Positions 1 to 8,134 of a stretch of DNA of 64,000 nt are shown here, one piece after another. The stretch is from Vicinamibacterales bacterium (GTDB lineage Bacteria > Acidobacteriota > Vicinamibacteria > Vicinamibacterales > SCN-69-37), in assembly GCA_030827135.1 (NCBI GenBank), contig JAURFE010000005.1:66257-130256 (forward strand), written 5' to 3'. Every line of letters begins with the position of its first letter. Position 1 is the first letter of the stretch. The notes under the pieces were generated by a model. It did not search any database, was not told the DNA's origin, and worked only from the letters and a program-made list of their open reading frames with translations. The translations under genes were made by a program, and so were the position numbers.

Positions 1-371
1 AACGACGCGAGTTTCCCCGCATCGGCGCGGAAGTTCGGCGGCAACTGGAACAGCAGGCACGCGAGGTGTTCCTGCAGCCCCCGCGCACTCTCAACAAACA
101 TCGTCAGGGCGTCAGCACAATCCACCAGACGCCGGTCATGCGTGATGCGCTTCGGCGCCTTCAGCGTGTATGAGAACCCATCCGGCGCCTGCGCACGCCA
201 GCCCTCGGTCAGCTTCGGCGTGGGCATCCGATAAAACGTGTAGTTAATCTCCACCGTGCGGAAGCGCTCGGCGTAATAAGCGAACATCTTCGACGCGGGG
301 AACGGATCCGGATAAAACGTGCCCTTCCACTCCGGGTAGTTGTAACCGGACGTGCCGACATGGATCTGCAT
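1..371 (-). CDS. DUF72 (YecE-like) family protein, N-terminal part; gene runs off the window start
   Basis: Hand translation of the minus strand from ATG at 371-369 gives MQIHVGTSGYNYPEWKGTFYPDPFPASKMFAYYAERFRTVEINYTFYRMPTPKLTEGWRAQAPDGFSYTLKAPKRITH. This matches the DUF72 hallmarks (GTSGY..W.G.FYP, YA..F..VEIN.TFY, K.P..ITH). It is absent from the ORF track because there is no stop inside the window. Confidence 0.7.
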   Translation of the reverse strand, partial: MQIHVGTSGYNYPEWKGTFYPDPFPASKMFAYYAERFRTVEINYTFYRMPTPKLTEGWRAQAPDGFSYTLKAPKRITHDRRLVDCADALTMFVESARGLQEHLACLLFQLPPNFRADAGKLAS

Positions 372-399
372 CGGCGCTTACGATACCACCCAGCGCGCC

Positions 400-619
400 C
401 TACGCGGTCTCCCGGTACCGCATCCCCGCCACGACGAGCACGGTGACGCCCCAGGCGCCCATGGCGGCGAACTGGGGCCACAGGATGTCCCAGCCAACCC
501 CTTACCGGTGGCATGTTCTCAATCGGGAAGATGAAGCCCGACAGACAGATCATCGGCACAAGAAAGAAGAACATCGACGTCATCATCGCCTCGAGGGTCG
601 AGCTGTGTTTCCAGTTCCG
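400..619 (-). pseudogene. ABC-2 type transporter permease relic (5'-truncated, internal frameshift/deletion)
   Basis: Minus frame a (619-505) reads RNWKHSSTLEAMMTSMFFFLVPMICLSGFIFPIENMPPV, which contains the LSGFxFPIExMP motif of ABC-2 permeases. Minus frame b (501-403) reads GVGWDILWPQFAAMGAWGVTVLVVAGMRYRETA and is followed by TAG at 402-400, a typical C-terminal TM helix. In-frame stops lie at 622-620 and 504-502. The roughly 20-25 residues normally found between the two pieces are missing. Confidence 0.45.
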
Positions 620-752
620 TCAACGTCTGGCCACGGATCACGGATAGGCACCACGTGATAATTGTGGGTGAGAAACAGTCATTTTGCGGCGCCCGGTTCT
701 TTCGGTGGATAGCGGCGGGTCGCCGGTGAACGCCGCCGGGGTATCATCGGCC

Positions 753-1502
753 ATGGCGTTTTTCTCCCGCCCCCCGCAGCCGACCCCCGCGTCACTGGGC
801 GACGTGGTGGGAACCAGCGACGTGCTGATTTCGCTGCGGCAGCTCGAGAAATCGTATGCCCACGGCGCAAGCCGCAGCTGGGTGTTGCGGCGGATCACCG
901 CTGACATCAAGGACGGTGAATTTGTCTCGATCATGGGCCCGTCTGGCGCCGGCAAGTCCACCCTGCTGCATATCCTCGGCATGCACGACAGCGCCTGGAG
1001 CGGCGAGTACTACTTCGGTGGGCAGCCCGTGCATCGACTGAGCCCCAAGGACCGCGCCGCCCTGCACAAGAAGCACATCGGCTTCGTCTTCCAGAGTTAC
1101 CACCTGCTCGACCATCTGACCGTCTACGAAAATCTCGACGTGCCGCTGTCGTACCGCGACATCAGGAAGGCTGAACGCGACAGCATGGTCTGCGACATCC
1201 TCGATCGCTTCTCGATCGTCGGCAAGAAGGACCTGTACCCCAACCAGTTGTCGGGCGGACAACAACAGCTGGTCGCCGTCGCGCGCGCGGTGATCGCCAA
1301 CCCGAAGGTCATCCTCGCCGATGAACCCACGGGGAACCTGCACTCAAGTCAGGGCCGCGAGATTATGGCACTCTTCAAGAAGCTCAATGACGGAGGCACC
1401 ACGATCATCCAGGTCACGCACTCGGAGGCCAACGCCGAATACGGGTCGCGCATCATCGAACTCAAGGACGGCTGGGTGGTCGGCGCCTCCCAGGGGCAGT
1501 AG
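753..1502 (+). CDS. ABC transporter ATP-binding protein (MacB/LolD/FtsE-like)
   Basis: Walker [10 protein letters not shown], signature LSGGQQQ, Walker B ILADEPT. The ORF opens at 684. The ATG at 753 (MAFFSRPP) gives the usual ~20 aa ahead of the first beta strand. Confidence 0.9.
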   Translation: MAFFSRPPQPTPASLGDVVGTSDVLISLRQLEKSYAHGASRSWVLRRITADIKDGEFVSIMGPSGAGKSTLLHILGMHDSAWSGEYYFGGQPVHRLSPKDRAALHKKHIGFVFQSYHLLDHLTVYENLDVPLSYRDIRKAERDSMVCDILDRFSIVGKKDLYPNQLSGGQQQLVAVARAVIANPKVILADEPTGNLHSSQGREIMALFKKLNDGGTTIIQVTHSEANAEYGSRIIELKDGWVVGASQGQ

Positions 1503-1508
1503 GCAGCC

Positions 1509-2369
1509 ATGACATGCCGTGCGTGGCTGGTCCTCCTGCTCGCCGCAGGTGTGACGACAGGGTGTAACAGGCCGGATCCTCCGAAGCAGTACGCGTTGAC
1601 GGGACAGATTCTGGCCGTCAAGGACAACAGTCAGGAACTGACGATCAAACACGATGACATTCCCGGGTACATGCCGGGGATGACGATGAGCTTCCCCGTG
1701 GTGGCCAGTTCGCTGATGGTGGGCCGTGAGCCGGGCGAACTGATCGCCGCCACGCTCGAAGTCGACGGCCTGAAGTACCAAGTGACCGCCATCACGCGCA
1801 CCGGCATGGCGCCGCTGCCGCAGGGCACAAACGAAGTGGCCATGGCCGGCGGCATCCTGGAAGTCGGCGATCCGATGCCGGACGCCGCGTTGATCGATCA
1901 GACCGACCACCGGCGTTCACTGGCGGAATGGCGCGGCACACCGGTGCTCGTGACGTTCATCTACACGCGGTGCCCGCTCCCCAACTACTGTCCGCTCATG
2001 GATCGGCACTTTGTCACGATCCAGCGGGCGGTGGCTGACGACCCCGCGTTGCGTGGCCAGTTGCAGCTCCTGTCGATCTCCTTCGACGCCGAGTACGACA
2101 CACCCGCGGTACTGGCCGCCCACGCGGCCACGCTGAAGGCGGACACATCTACATGGACGTTTCTTACCGGGGACCGCGTCACCGTGGATCGGCTCGCCGG
2201 CACATTCGGCGTCGGCGTGATCCGCGGCAGCGACGGCGCGACTGAAATCACACACAATCTGCGCACCGCGTTATTTGCGGCCGACGGCACGCTGCTGAAG
2301 ATCTATCCCGGCAGCGACTGGACTCCTCGCACTGCGCTGGCGGATCTGCGTGCGCACCTGGCCCGATAG
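1509..2369 (+). CDS. SCO1/SenC family thioredoxin-fold protein with N-terminal CusF-like metal-binding domain; lipoprotein
   Basis: Lipobox AAGVTTGC. A CusF-like stretch IKHDDIPGYMPGMTMSF. SCO-like YTRCPLPNYCPLM (CX5CP variant) in a thioredoxin-like C-terminal half. Starts 7 nt after the ABC ATPase stop. Confidence 0.8.
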   Translation: MTCRAWLVLLLAAGVTTGCNRPDPPKQYALTGQILAVKDNSQELTIKHDDIPGYMPGMTMSFPVVASSLMVGREPGELIAATLEVDGLKYQVTAITRTGMAPLPQGTNEVAMAGGILEVGDPMPDAALIDQTDHRRSLAEWRGTPVLVTFIYTRCPLPNYCPLMDRHFVTIQRAVADDPALRGQLQLLSISFDAEYDTPAVLAAHAATLKADTSTWTFLTGDRVTVDRLAGTFGVGVIRGSDGATEITHNLRTALFAADGTLLKIYPGSDWTPRTALADLRAHLAR

Positions 2370-3045
2370 TTCACCCGATCGCTCGTGTTTCACGCGCGCC
2401 GAACGGCGCGTCGTGGACCGCCTGGCCACACCACGCGCCGTGCAGCGCTATCTGAACGGCCTCGCCTACAACACCGAACCGCCACCGGGAGGACCGCAAC
2501 AACGCACCTTCCGCAGTGTCGTAGCGACGGGCATGGCGCACTGCCTGGAAGCGGCGCTCACGGCCGCCGTGATTCTTGAACAACACGGGTATCCGCCCAC
2601 GGTCATGAGTCTTGAGTCGATCGACGGACTTGACCACGTGATCTTCGTCTACAAGACACGCACCGGGTGGGGGTCGGTCGCCAGGTCCCGCGACCCGGGC
2701 CTCCATGGACGCAAGCCGTTGTTCCGGTCGTTGCGCGATCTGGCGCTGAGCTACGTCGAGCCGTATATCGACACGACGGGGTGTGTGCGCGCCTACGGCA
2801 TGGTGGATCTTCGTGTGCTGGGACGGTACGACTGGCGGTTCTCCACCGGCCACGTCTGGAAGGTGGAGCGCCTGCTCTACGAGATTCCGCACACCGCGAT
2901 CCGCGTCTCTCCCGCACGGGTCGATCGGCTGCGACGGCGGTACTTCACATTCAGACGTGCGCACCCGGGTGTGAAACCGGTGGCGTACTACGACCGGTCC
3001 ACCTGGACTGAACTACCCCCGCACTTCACCTCGCGACAACGATGA
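2350..3045 (+). CDS. hypothetical protein, possible papain/transglutaminase-like fold (Cys...His...Asp order)
   Basis: 231-aa ORF with high GC3 that overlaps the SCO stop by 20 nt (GTG 2350; alternative GTG 2413). Candidate catalytic residues are MAHCLEAAL and LDHVIFVY. The functional call is weak. Confidence 0.55.
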   Translation: MRTWPDSSPDRSCFTRAERRVVDRLATPRAVQRYLNGLAYNTEPPPGGPQQRTFRSVVATGMAHCLEAALTAAVILEQHGYPPTVMSLESIDGLDHVIFVYKTRTGWGSVARSRDPGLHGRKPLFRSLRDLALSYVEPYIDTTGCVRAYGMVDLRVLGRYDWRFSTGHVWKVERLLYEIPHTAIRVSPARVDRLRRRYFTFRRAHPGVKPVAYYDRSTWTELPPHFTSRQR

Positions 3046-3103
3046 AGGTGGCTGGAGCGCCCGTGCGTCCCACATCGATCCCGCGAAGCGGCGTCGCGGG
3101 CAC

Positions 3104-3406
3104 CTAGTCGAGGTCGAAGTCCCGCGTGGGTTTGGACACCGGTTCGGCCTGCGCCTGCTTGAGGGCGTCTTCAAAACGCTTCGAGAGCGCGTCGCCGCGG
3201 TGCCTTTCCGACAGCACCGACTTCTCGAACAGGGCTTCCCGTCTGGCTTGTTCCTCCGCGAGGATGCGGTGCGCGTCGTCCAGTTCGGGTTTGTCGGTGC
3301 GTGCCGGTTCCACGTGCCGCACCACCCGCTGGAGGCCTTCGTCGATGACAAGTGTGCTCTGGCAGCACGGACAGGTGACGTCGAATTCGGTACGGAGGCG
3401 ACCCAT
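3104..3406 (-). CDS. small hypothetical protein with N-terminal CxxC zinc-ribbon-like motif and charged helical tail
   Basis: ATG at 3406-3404 begins MGRLRTEFDVTCPCCQSTLVIDEG...KPTRDFDLD (100 aa). The upstream part of the 182-aa track ORF is Arg/Pro-rich junk antisense to the start of the neighbouring gene. Confidence 0.55.
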   Translation of the reverse strand: MGRLRTEFDVTCPCCQSTLVIDEGLQRVVRHVEPARTDKPELDDAHRILAEEQARREALFEKSVLSERHRGDALSKRFEDALKQAQAEPVSKPTRDFDLD

Positions 3407-3423
3407 CGGACTATCATAGGGCC

Positions 3424-5244
3424 ATGCGAGACGTCCGCCCCATACTGCGGCTCCCCAGTCTGGTGGCGACCTGTGCAGCCCTGGCGCTTGTGACGGCCGC
3501 GTGCGGCGGCGGAAGCGCGGCCACCCGCGTCGCGACCCCCACGGACGCGGCCGGGCAGCCCCTGCGCCCTGGACAGCCCATCGAAGTACCGCAGACGGAT
3601 GCCACACCGCCGCCCCCCCCGCGCGGCGTCCTCGCGGGCCGCGTGCTCGCATTTGAATCGGGCGCCCCCATTGCCCGCGCCCGCGTCATCCTCACGGCGA
3701 GCGGGCAGGCCCCGGACGGCACGTTGTGGCTGCCCTTCCCCCGCGTCCTGCTGACCGCCGCTGACGGCACCTTCCGGTTCACGGATTTGCCCGCCACCGA
3801 CACCTTCCTGCTGACGGTCACCAAGTCCGGGTTCGCCCCGCGCGCCTTCGGGGAGGCGCCCCCGTCGGTGACGCCGACGCTGATTTCCCTGGCTCAGGAT
3901 GAAGTCAAGGAAGACGTCGAAGTCCGGTTGTTGGAGCACGTGTCGATCGCGGGCCGGGTGCTCGACGAGGACGGCACCCCCTTTGCCGGTGCCCTCGTCG
4001 AGGCCATGCGGCCGATATTCGAGGGGGACCGCCGGACCCTGGTGACGGTGTCCGAGGCGATCACCGATGACCGCGGTGAATTCCGCCTCGTCGGAGTGCC
4101 CCCGGGCCAGTACTACGTGACCGCCTTCGACCCGGCGTTCGGCAATATCGGCGACAAGGACGGGCAGTTGCTCTATTCCCCAACCTTCTACCCCGGTGTG
4201 GTGTTCCCAGACGAAGCGACCCGCATCACCCTTGACCCCGGGATCGCCGCTGAGCGCCTCGAGTTCAAGCTGCAGATCATTCGTCCCTCCCGGGTACAGG
4301 GCTCGATCAGCACGCCGATCGAAGCCGGCGGCGTGTCGAAGCAGTTGATCGCTGCGGCCGTCATCATGAGCCCGATGAGCAACGCCCAGTTCTCGCTGTT
4401 CACCACGACGGAGCCCGCAATGGAACCGGGCGGACAGTTCCTGTTTTCGAACGTGCCGCCCGGCCGGTACCGCATACAGGCCCGCGGCGCAACCGAGCGC
4501 GACGGGATCACGCTCTTCGGCGTCTTTACGCTGAACGTCGAAGGCACCGACCGTCAAAACACCGACATGACGTTGTCACGCGGCGCGGTAGTCTCGGGCA
4601 ACGTCGAGTGGGAAACCACCTCGGGCCGGCTGCCCCTCGACCGCAGGGGCCTCATCATCCGCATGCCGATGGAAGACGGCAACGAGTTCGGCGACTCGGT
4701 CTCCGGCTACGTGGCCCCGGACGATCAGTGGACGATCCGCGGCGTGATGGCGGGCCGCCACTTCTTTCGCGCGGACGGGTTGCCGCCGGGCTGGTACATG
4801 AAACGCGTCGAGTACCAGGGCGCGGACGTGACCGACATCGCAAGGCCGTTCGACTACAACGAAACCGTGACCGGCTTCACCGTCGTCCTCTCGGACCGCC
4901 AGACCGTCGTGCGCGGGTTCGTCACCGCGGAAAAGAACGACGATGTCCAGAGTTATGCCGTCGTGGCGTTCTCCACCAGTCCGCTGCACTGGACGCCGCT
5001 CAGCCGGTACACGCAGCTGGTCTACCCGGACTCGCTGGGCCGGTACGAGATCCGCGGACTCCCCGCCGGCACCTACGTGATGGCCGCCACGCGTGAATTT
5101 GATCGCAGCGACCTGGCCAGCGCGCGGATCTTCGACCGCCTGTTGACTCAGCCTGGTGTGACCACCGCATTTGCATTGGAGGAAGGCCAGGTCTGGCGCC
5201 AGGATATCCAGCCCGTCAGACGCCGGACAGGGATCACCCGCTGA
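3424..5244 (+). CDS. carboxypeptidase regulatory-like (CarboxypepD_reg) multi-domain secreted lipoprotein
   Basis: Lipobox LVTAACGG. Repeated G-R-V-x-D-x-x-G-x-P motifs (GRVLAFESGAPIARARV, GRVLDEDGTPFAGALVEA) and repeated P-G-x-Y motifs (PPGQYYVTA, PPGRYRIQA, PAGTYVMAA). Confidence 0.8.
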   Translation: MRDVRPILRLPSLVATCAALALVTAACGGGSAATRVATPTDAAGQPLRPGQPIEVPQTDATPPPPPRGVLAGRVLAFESGAPIARARVILTASGQAPDGTLWLPFPRVLLTAADGTFRFTDLPATDTFLLTVTKSGFAPRAFGEAPPSVTPTLISLAQDEVKEDVEVRLLEHVSIAGRVLDEDGTPFAGALVEAMRPIFEGDRRTLVTVSEAITDDRGEFRLVGVPPGQYYVTAFDPAFGNIGDKDGQLLYSPTFYPGVVFPDEATRITLDPGIAAERLEFKLQIIRPSRVQGSISTPIEAGGVSKQLIAAAVIMSPMSNAQFSLFTTTEPAMEPGGQFLFSNVPPGRYRIQARGATERDGITLFGVFTLNVEGTDRQNTDMTLSRGAVVSGNVEWETTSGRLPLDRRGLIIRMPMEDGNEFGDSVSGYVAPDDQWTIRGVMAGRHFFRADGLPPGWYMKRVEYQGADVTDIARPFDYNETVTGFTVVLSDRQTVVRGFVTAEKNDDVQSYAVVAFSTSPLHWTPLSRYTQLVYPDSLGRYEIRGLPAGTYVMAATREFDRSDLASARIFDRLLTQPGVTTAFALEEGQVWRQDIQPVRRRTGITR

Positions 5245-5246
5245 TC

Positions 5247-5957
5247 GTGAACCTCCGGATCGTCACCTACAACATCCATCGCGGCCGGGGCCTCGATCGT
5301 CGGACCCGGCCGGAGCGGATCGCAGATGTGCTGCGCCCGCTCGACGCCGATGTCATCGCGATGCAGGAGGTGATCGGGCCCGGGCTCACCTCTCCCGGCC
5401 ACGCCGAAATCATCGGCGCCGCACTGGGGATGGGCTGGATCATGGGCCCCGTCCGGGAACTGCGGCAACACCAGTTCGGCAACATGATCCTCAGCCGTTA
5501 TCCGATGTGGAATCACGCGCAGCACGACTTGTCGTGGAAGACGTGTGAGCCCCGCGGCGCCCAGCGGGTGGCCATCGATGTCGGACCGGGCACGCTGCAG
5601 GTGTACAACGCGCATCTCGGCACGGCGCTGCTGGAACGCCGCTACCAGGCGGAACGCCTGGCGACCTGGGTGCATGACCGCCGCGTGTCGGAGCCCAAGA
5701 TCCTTCTCGGCGACTTCAACGAGTGGTCACGCACCCTGGCCGGCGACATCCTCGCCGAACGGCTCAACAGCATCGACCTGTTCCCGTTCCTGAAGCGCCG
5801 CCGCACATATCCCGGCTTCTTCCCGCTTCTGCACCTCGACCACATCTACTACGAAGGTGCCATCGCGGTCCGGGACGTCTCGTTGCCCACGTCCCGCCTG
5901 GCCAAACTCGCCTCGGACCACCTCCCGCTCATCGCCGACATCACCGTCAAATTCTAG
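5247..5957 (+). CDS. endonuclease/exonuclease/phosphatase (EEP) family protein
   Basis: N-terminus NLRIVTYNIHRGRG, then DVIAMQEV, LLGDFNEW and a C-terminal SDHLPL. GTG start lies 3 nt after the previous stop. Confidence 0.85.
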   Translation: MNLRIVTYNIHRGRGLDRRTRPERIADVLRPLDADVIAMQEVIGPGLTSPGHAEIIGAALGMGWIMGPVRELRQHQFGNMILSRYPMWNHAQHDLSWKTCEPRGAQRVAIDVGPGTLQVYNAHLGTALLERRYQAERLATWVHDRRVSEPKILLGDFNEWSRTLAGDILAERLNSIDLFPFLKRRRTYPGFFPLLHLDHIYYEGAIAVRDVSLPTSRLAKLASDHLPLIADITVKF

Positions 5958-5984
5958 GGTCCAGGGTCCAGGGTCCAGGGTTCA
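5957..5984. repeat. tandem GGGTCCA x3 + GGGTTCA (G3N4 x4, G-quadruplex motif)
   Basis: gggtccagggtccagggtccagggttca begins at the last base of the EEP stop codon TAG (5955-5957). Confidence 0.9.
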
Positions 5985-6010
5985 GAGGCCTTGGCATAAC
6001 CGGGATCATT

Positions 6011-6020
6011 GTGATATCAC
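6011..6020. promoter_or_regulatory. 10-bp perfect palindrome GTGATATCAC upstream of the SPFH gene (candidate operator)
   Basis: Seen 45 nt upstream of ATG 6065 (SD GGAGGA at 6056-6061). An RHH regulator gene follows the SPFH gene. Confidence 0.25.
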
Positions 6021-6064
6021 TTTGAAATCGCGCGAGAGCGTCTCCGGCGACATATGGAGGAGTC

Positions 6065-6940
6065 ATGATCAGCGAACGAGTGCGGGCGTCAGTGTCTGGA
6101 TGGGTGATGGTGCCGGTGATTACGGCGGTTGTGGGCGTCTCGGGGTGGCAACTCGTGGCCGCGGCACAGGCGCAACCGGCCTCATTCCTGATGGTGGTCG
6201 CGTGGTCGACCGTGCTGCTTGTCGCGAGCATTTGCCTCGGGGGCTTCTTCGTGGTCGACCCCAACGAAGCCAAGGTGCTCACGCTGTTCGGCAAGTACTG
6301 GGGCACGGTCAAACAGGACGGCTTCCACTGGGCCAATCCCCTGCTGACCAAACGCCACATCACGCTGCGCGTCCGGAACTTCGAGAGCACGGCGAGCAAG
6401 GTCAACGACCTCGAGGGCAATCCGATTGAAATTGCGGCTGTGGTGGTGTGGAAGGTCACCGACACCGCCGAGGCATGTTTTGAGGTCGACAACTACGAAC
6501 ACTACGTGAAGGTGCAGAGCGAGGCGGCCGTCCGCAACCTGGCCACGCAATACCCGTACGACGCGCACGAGGAAAATCACAAGTCGCTCCGCGGCAACAC
6601 GCAGGAGATCGCCGAGCAGTTGAAGACCGAAGTCCAGCAACGTCTCAACAAGGCCGGCGTCGCCGTGCTGGAGGCCCGGATCAACCACCTGGCCTACGCA
6701 CCCGAGATCGCCTCAGCGATGTTGCAGCGTCAGCAGGCCGGGGCGATCATCGCCGCCCGTCAGCGCATTGTCGAAGGCGCCGTCGGCATGGTGGAGATGG
6801 CTCTCGATCTGCTGTCAAAGCGTGACGTGGTGACACTCGACAACGACCGCAAGGCGGCAATGGTCAGCAATCTGCTGGTCGTGTTGTGCGGAGACCGCAA
6901 TACCCAACCGGTGGTCAACACCGGGACGATCTATCAGTAG
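6065..6940 (+). CDS. SPFH/band-7 domain membrane protein
   Basis: Two N-terminal TM helices, then an SPFH-like core ([32 protein letters not shown] ... [29 protein letters not shown]). Confidence 0.85.
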   Translation: MISERVRASVSGWVMVPVITAVVGVSGWQLVAAAQAQPASFLMVVAWSTVLLVASICLGGFFVVDPNEAKVLTLFGKYWGTVKQDGFHWANPLLTKRHITLRVRNFESTASKVNDLEGNPIEIAAVVVWKVTDTAEACFEVDNYEHYVKVQSEAAVRNLATQYPYDAHEENHKSLRGNTQEIAEQLKTEVQQRLNKAGVAVLEARINHLAYAPEIASAMLQRQQAGAIIAARQRIVEGAVGMVEMALDLLSKRDVVTLDNDRKAAMVSNLLVVLCGDRNTQPVVNTGTIYQ

Positions 6941-6955
6941 GCCTGAAGGACCCCG

Positions 6956-7141
6956 ATGGCCGACCGTAAACCGTTCCTGCTGCGCATGGATCGCCAGATG
7001 CTCGACGCGTTGCAGCGCTGGGCCAACGACGACCTGCGCAGCCTGAACGGACAGATTGAGTTTGTGCTTCGCCGGGCCCTGCAGCAGACCGGGCGGCTGC
7101 CTGAGCCCCCAGCGGACCGCGGTCCGCGAACCGCGGACTGA
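6956..7141 (+). CDS. Arc/MetJ-type ribbon-helix-helix DNA-binding protein
   Basis: PFLLRMDRQMLDALQRWANDDLRSLNGQIEFVLRRAL has the Arc-like RHH pattern. Starts 15 nt after the SPFH stop. Confidence 0.65.
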   Translation: MADRKPFLLRMDRQMLDALQRWANDDLRSLNGQIEFVLRRALQQTGRLPEPPADRGPRTAD

Positions 7142-7152
7142 GGACCGCGGGC
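7113..7152. terminator. GC-rich repeat/hairpin cluster (GGACCGCGG x3, palindrome GGACCGCGGTCC) between convergent genes
   Basis: cggaccgcggtccgcgaaccgcggactgaggaccgcggg spans the RHH stop (7139-7141) and ends 5 nt before the converging stop at 7157. Confidence 0.4.
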
Positions 7153-7156
7153 GGCT

Positions 7157-7393
7157 TCAGCCTTCTTCTTCGAAGTCGGGCTGGATGTGCGGCGGGTGAC
7201 GCGTGGACGCGCGCATCGCTTCGCGGTGGTCGTACACGGGAAGCCCGGCGACGTGCAGGTGCATCTGGCAGCCGTCGGCCTTGGCAAGGACCACGACGGT
7301 GAACGGGCTGCCTTCAACGCCGTCACGGAACGTCACCTCGCAGCCACAGGCCAGACGGGCGGCCACCAGTGGGTGAATCGGTGTCTGCGCCAT
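7157..7393 (-). CDS. small Cys-containing hypothetical protein (78 aa), co-transcribed with the TlpA-like gene
   Basis: ATG at 7393-7391 lies 2 nt after the TlpA-like stop (7396). Sequence MAQTPIHPLVAARLACGCEVTF...AKADGCQMHLH...PDFEEEG. It is the only credible part of the 915-aa antisense track ORF. Confidence 0.5.
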   Translation of the reverse strand: MAQTPIHPLVAARLACGCEVTFRDGVEGSPFTVVVLAKADGCQMHLHVAGLPVYDHREAMRASTRHPPHIQPDFEEEG

Positions 7394-7395
7394 CG

Positions 7396-7911
7396 TCAGT
7401 TTCCCTCGATCAGTTTCTTCACGCGGTCCTCGAACCACTGTTTTGATTCGGTGCCGGTGTGTTTGTAGTCCACGGTGCCATCCGCCCTGATGAACCACGA
7501 CACCGGCAGCGAGTAGGCCCCGTAGTGTTCCTGAAGCTCGTCGTGACCGAGGCCGACCAGCACCGGATAGTTCATCTTGAATTCGTCCGCGAACGTCCGC
7601 AGGTCTTCCGGCTTGTCGTCCACGGAGATCCCGAGCACGATGAATTTCTGGTCGCGGTACTTGTCCACCAGCTCGACAAACGCGGGGATTTCGTGACGAC
7701 ACGGGGCACACCACGTCGCCCAGAAATTGATGAGCATCGGCCGGCCCTTGTAGTCTCTCAGGCGGACGTCGTTGCCATTCATGTCTTTCAGGGTGTAATC
7801 GAGTTTGGCCATTTCGCCTTCCGGCGCACAGCCCGCCGGCCACACGGCGATCGCGGCGGCCAGGCCGACGGCCACGGCCCAACGGGCCACCCACGGCTTC
7901 GTCACGGTCAT
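7396..7911 (-). CDS. TlpA/ResA-family thiol:disulfide oxidoreductase (redoxin)
   Basis: Signal/anchor followed by FWATWCAPCRHEIP (WCxxC thioredoxin motif). Confidence 0.85.
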   Translation of the reverse strand: MTVTKPWVARWAVAVGLAAAIAVWPAGCAPEGEMAKLDYTLKDMNGNDVRLRDYKGRPMLINFWATWCAPCRHEIPAFVELVDKYRDQKFIVLGISVDDKPEDLRTFADEFKMNYPVLVGLGHDELQEHYGAYSLPVSWFIRADGTVDYKHTGTESKQWFEDRVKKLIEGN

Positions 7912-8134
7912 GGGTCAACCTTATCGCGTCGGGAGTGATGCCCACAAGGGACAACCCGTACGAATTCGCGCGGATTCGGGCACGGCCGCTCGTCCGGCCA
8001 CAGGCATGGCCTTTGCTGCTGCAGAGGCAGGTCGTCCCGGCTGGTGGACACCGGCAACATCCGGCGCCGGGTGCGGACCGTAGCTGCGGCAGTAGTAAGA
8101 TTCGGACTGGTTCCTGTTTCCTGAGGTGAGTGTT

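Noticed and set aside
209-586. 125-aa minus-strand ORF
   Set aside because: It is a chimera. Its first ~27 residues are the ABC-2 permease relic. The remainder is out-of-frame read-through into the DUF72 gene region, which is coded in another frame.
3013-4557. 514-aa minus-strand ORF
   Set aside because: It is a shadow ORF antisense to the CarboxypepD_reg gene (3424-5244), has low-complexity Arg/Gly composition and overlaps the small 3104-3406 gene out of frame.
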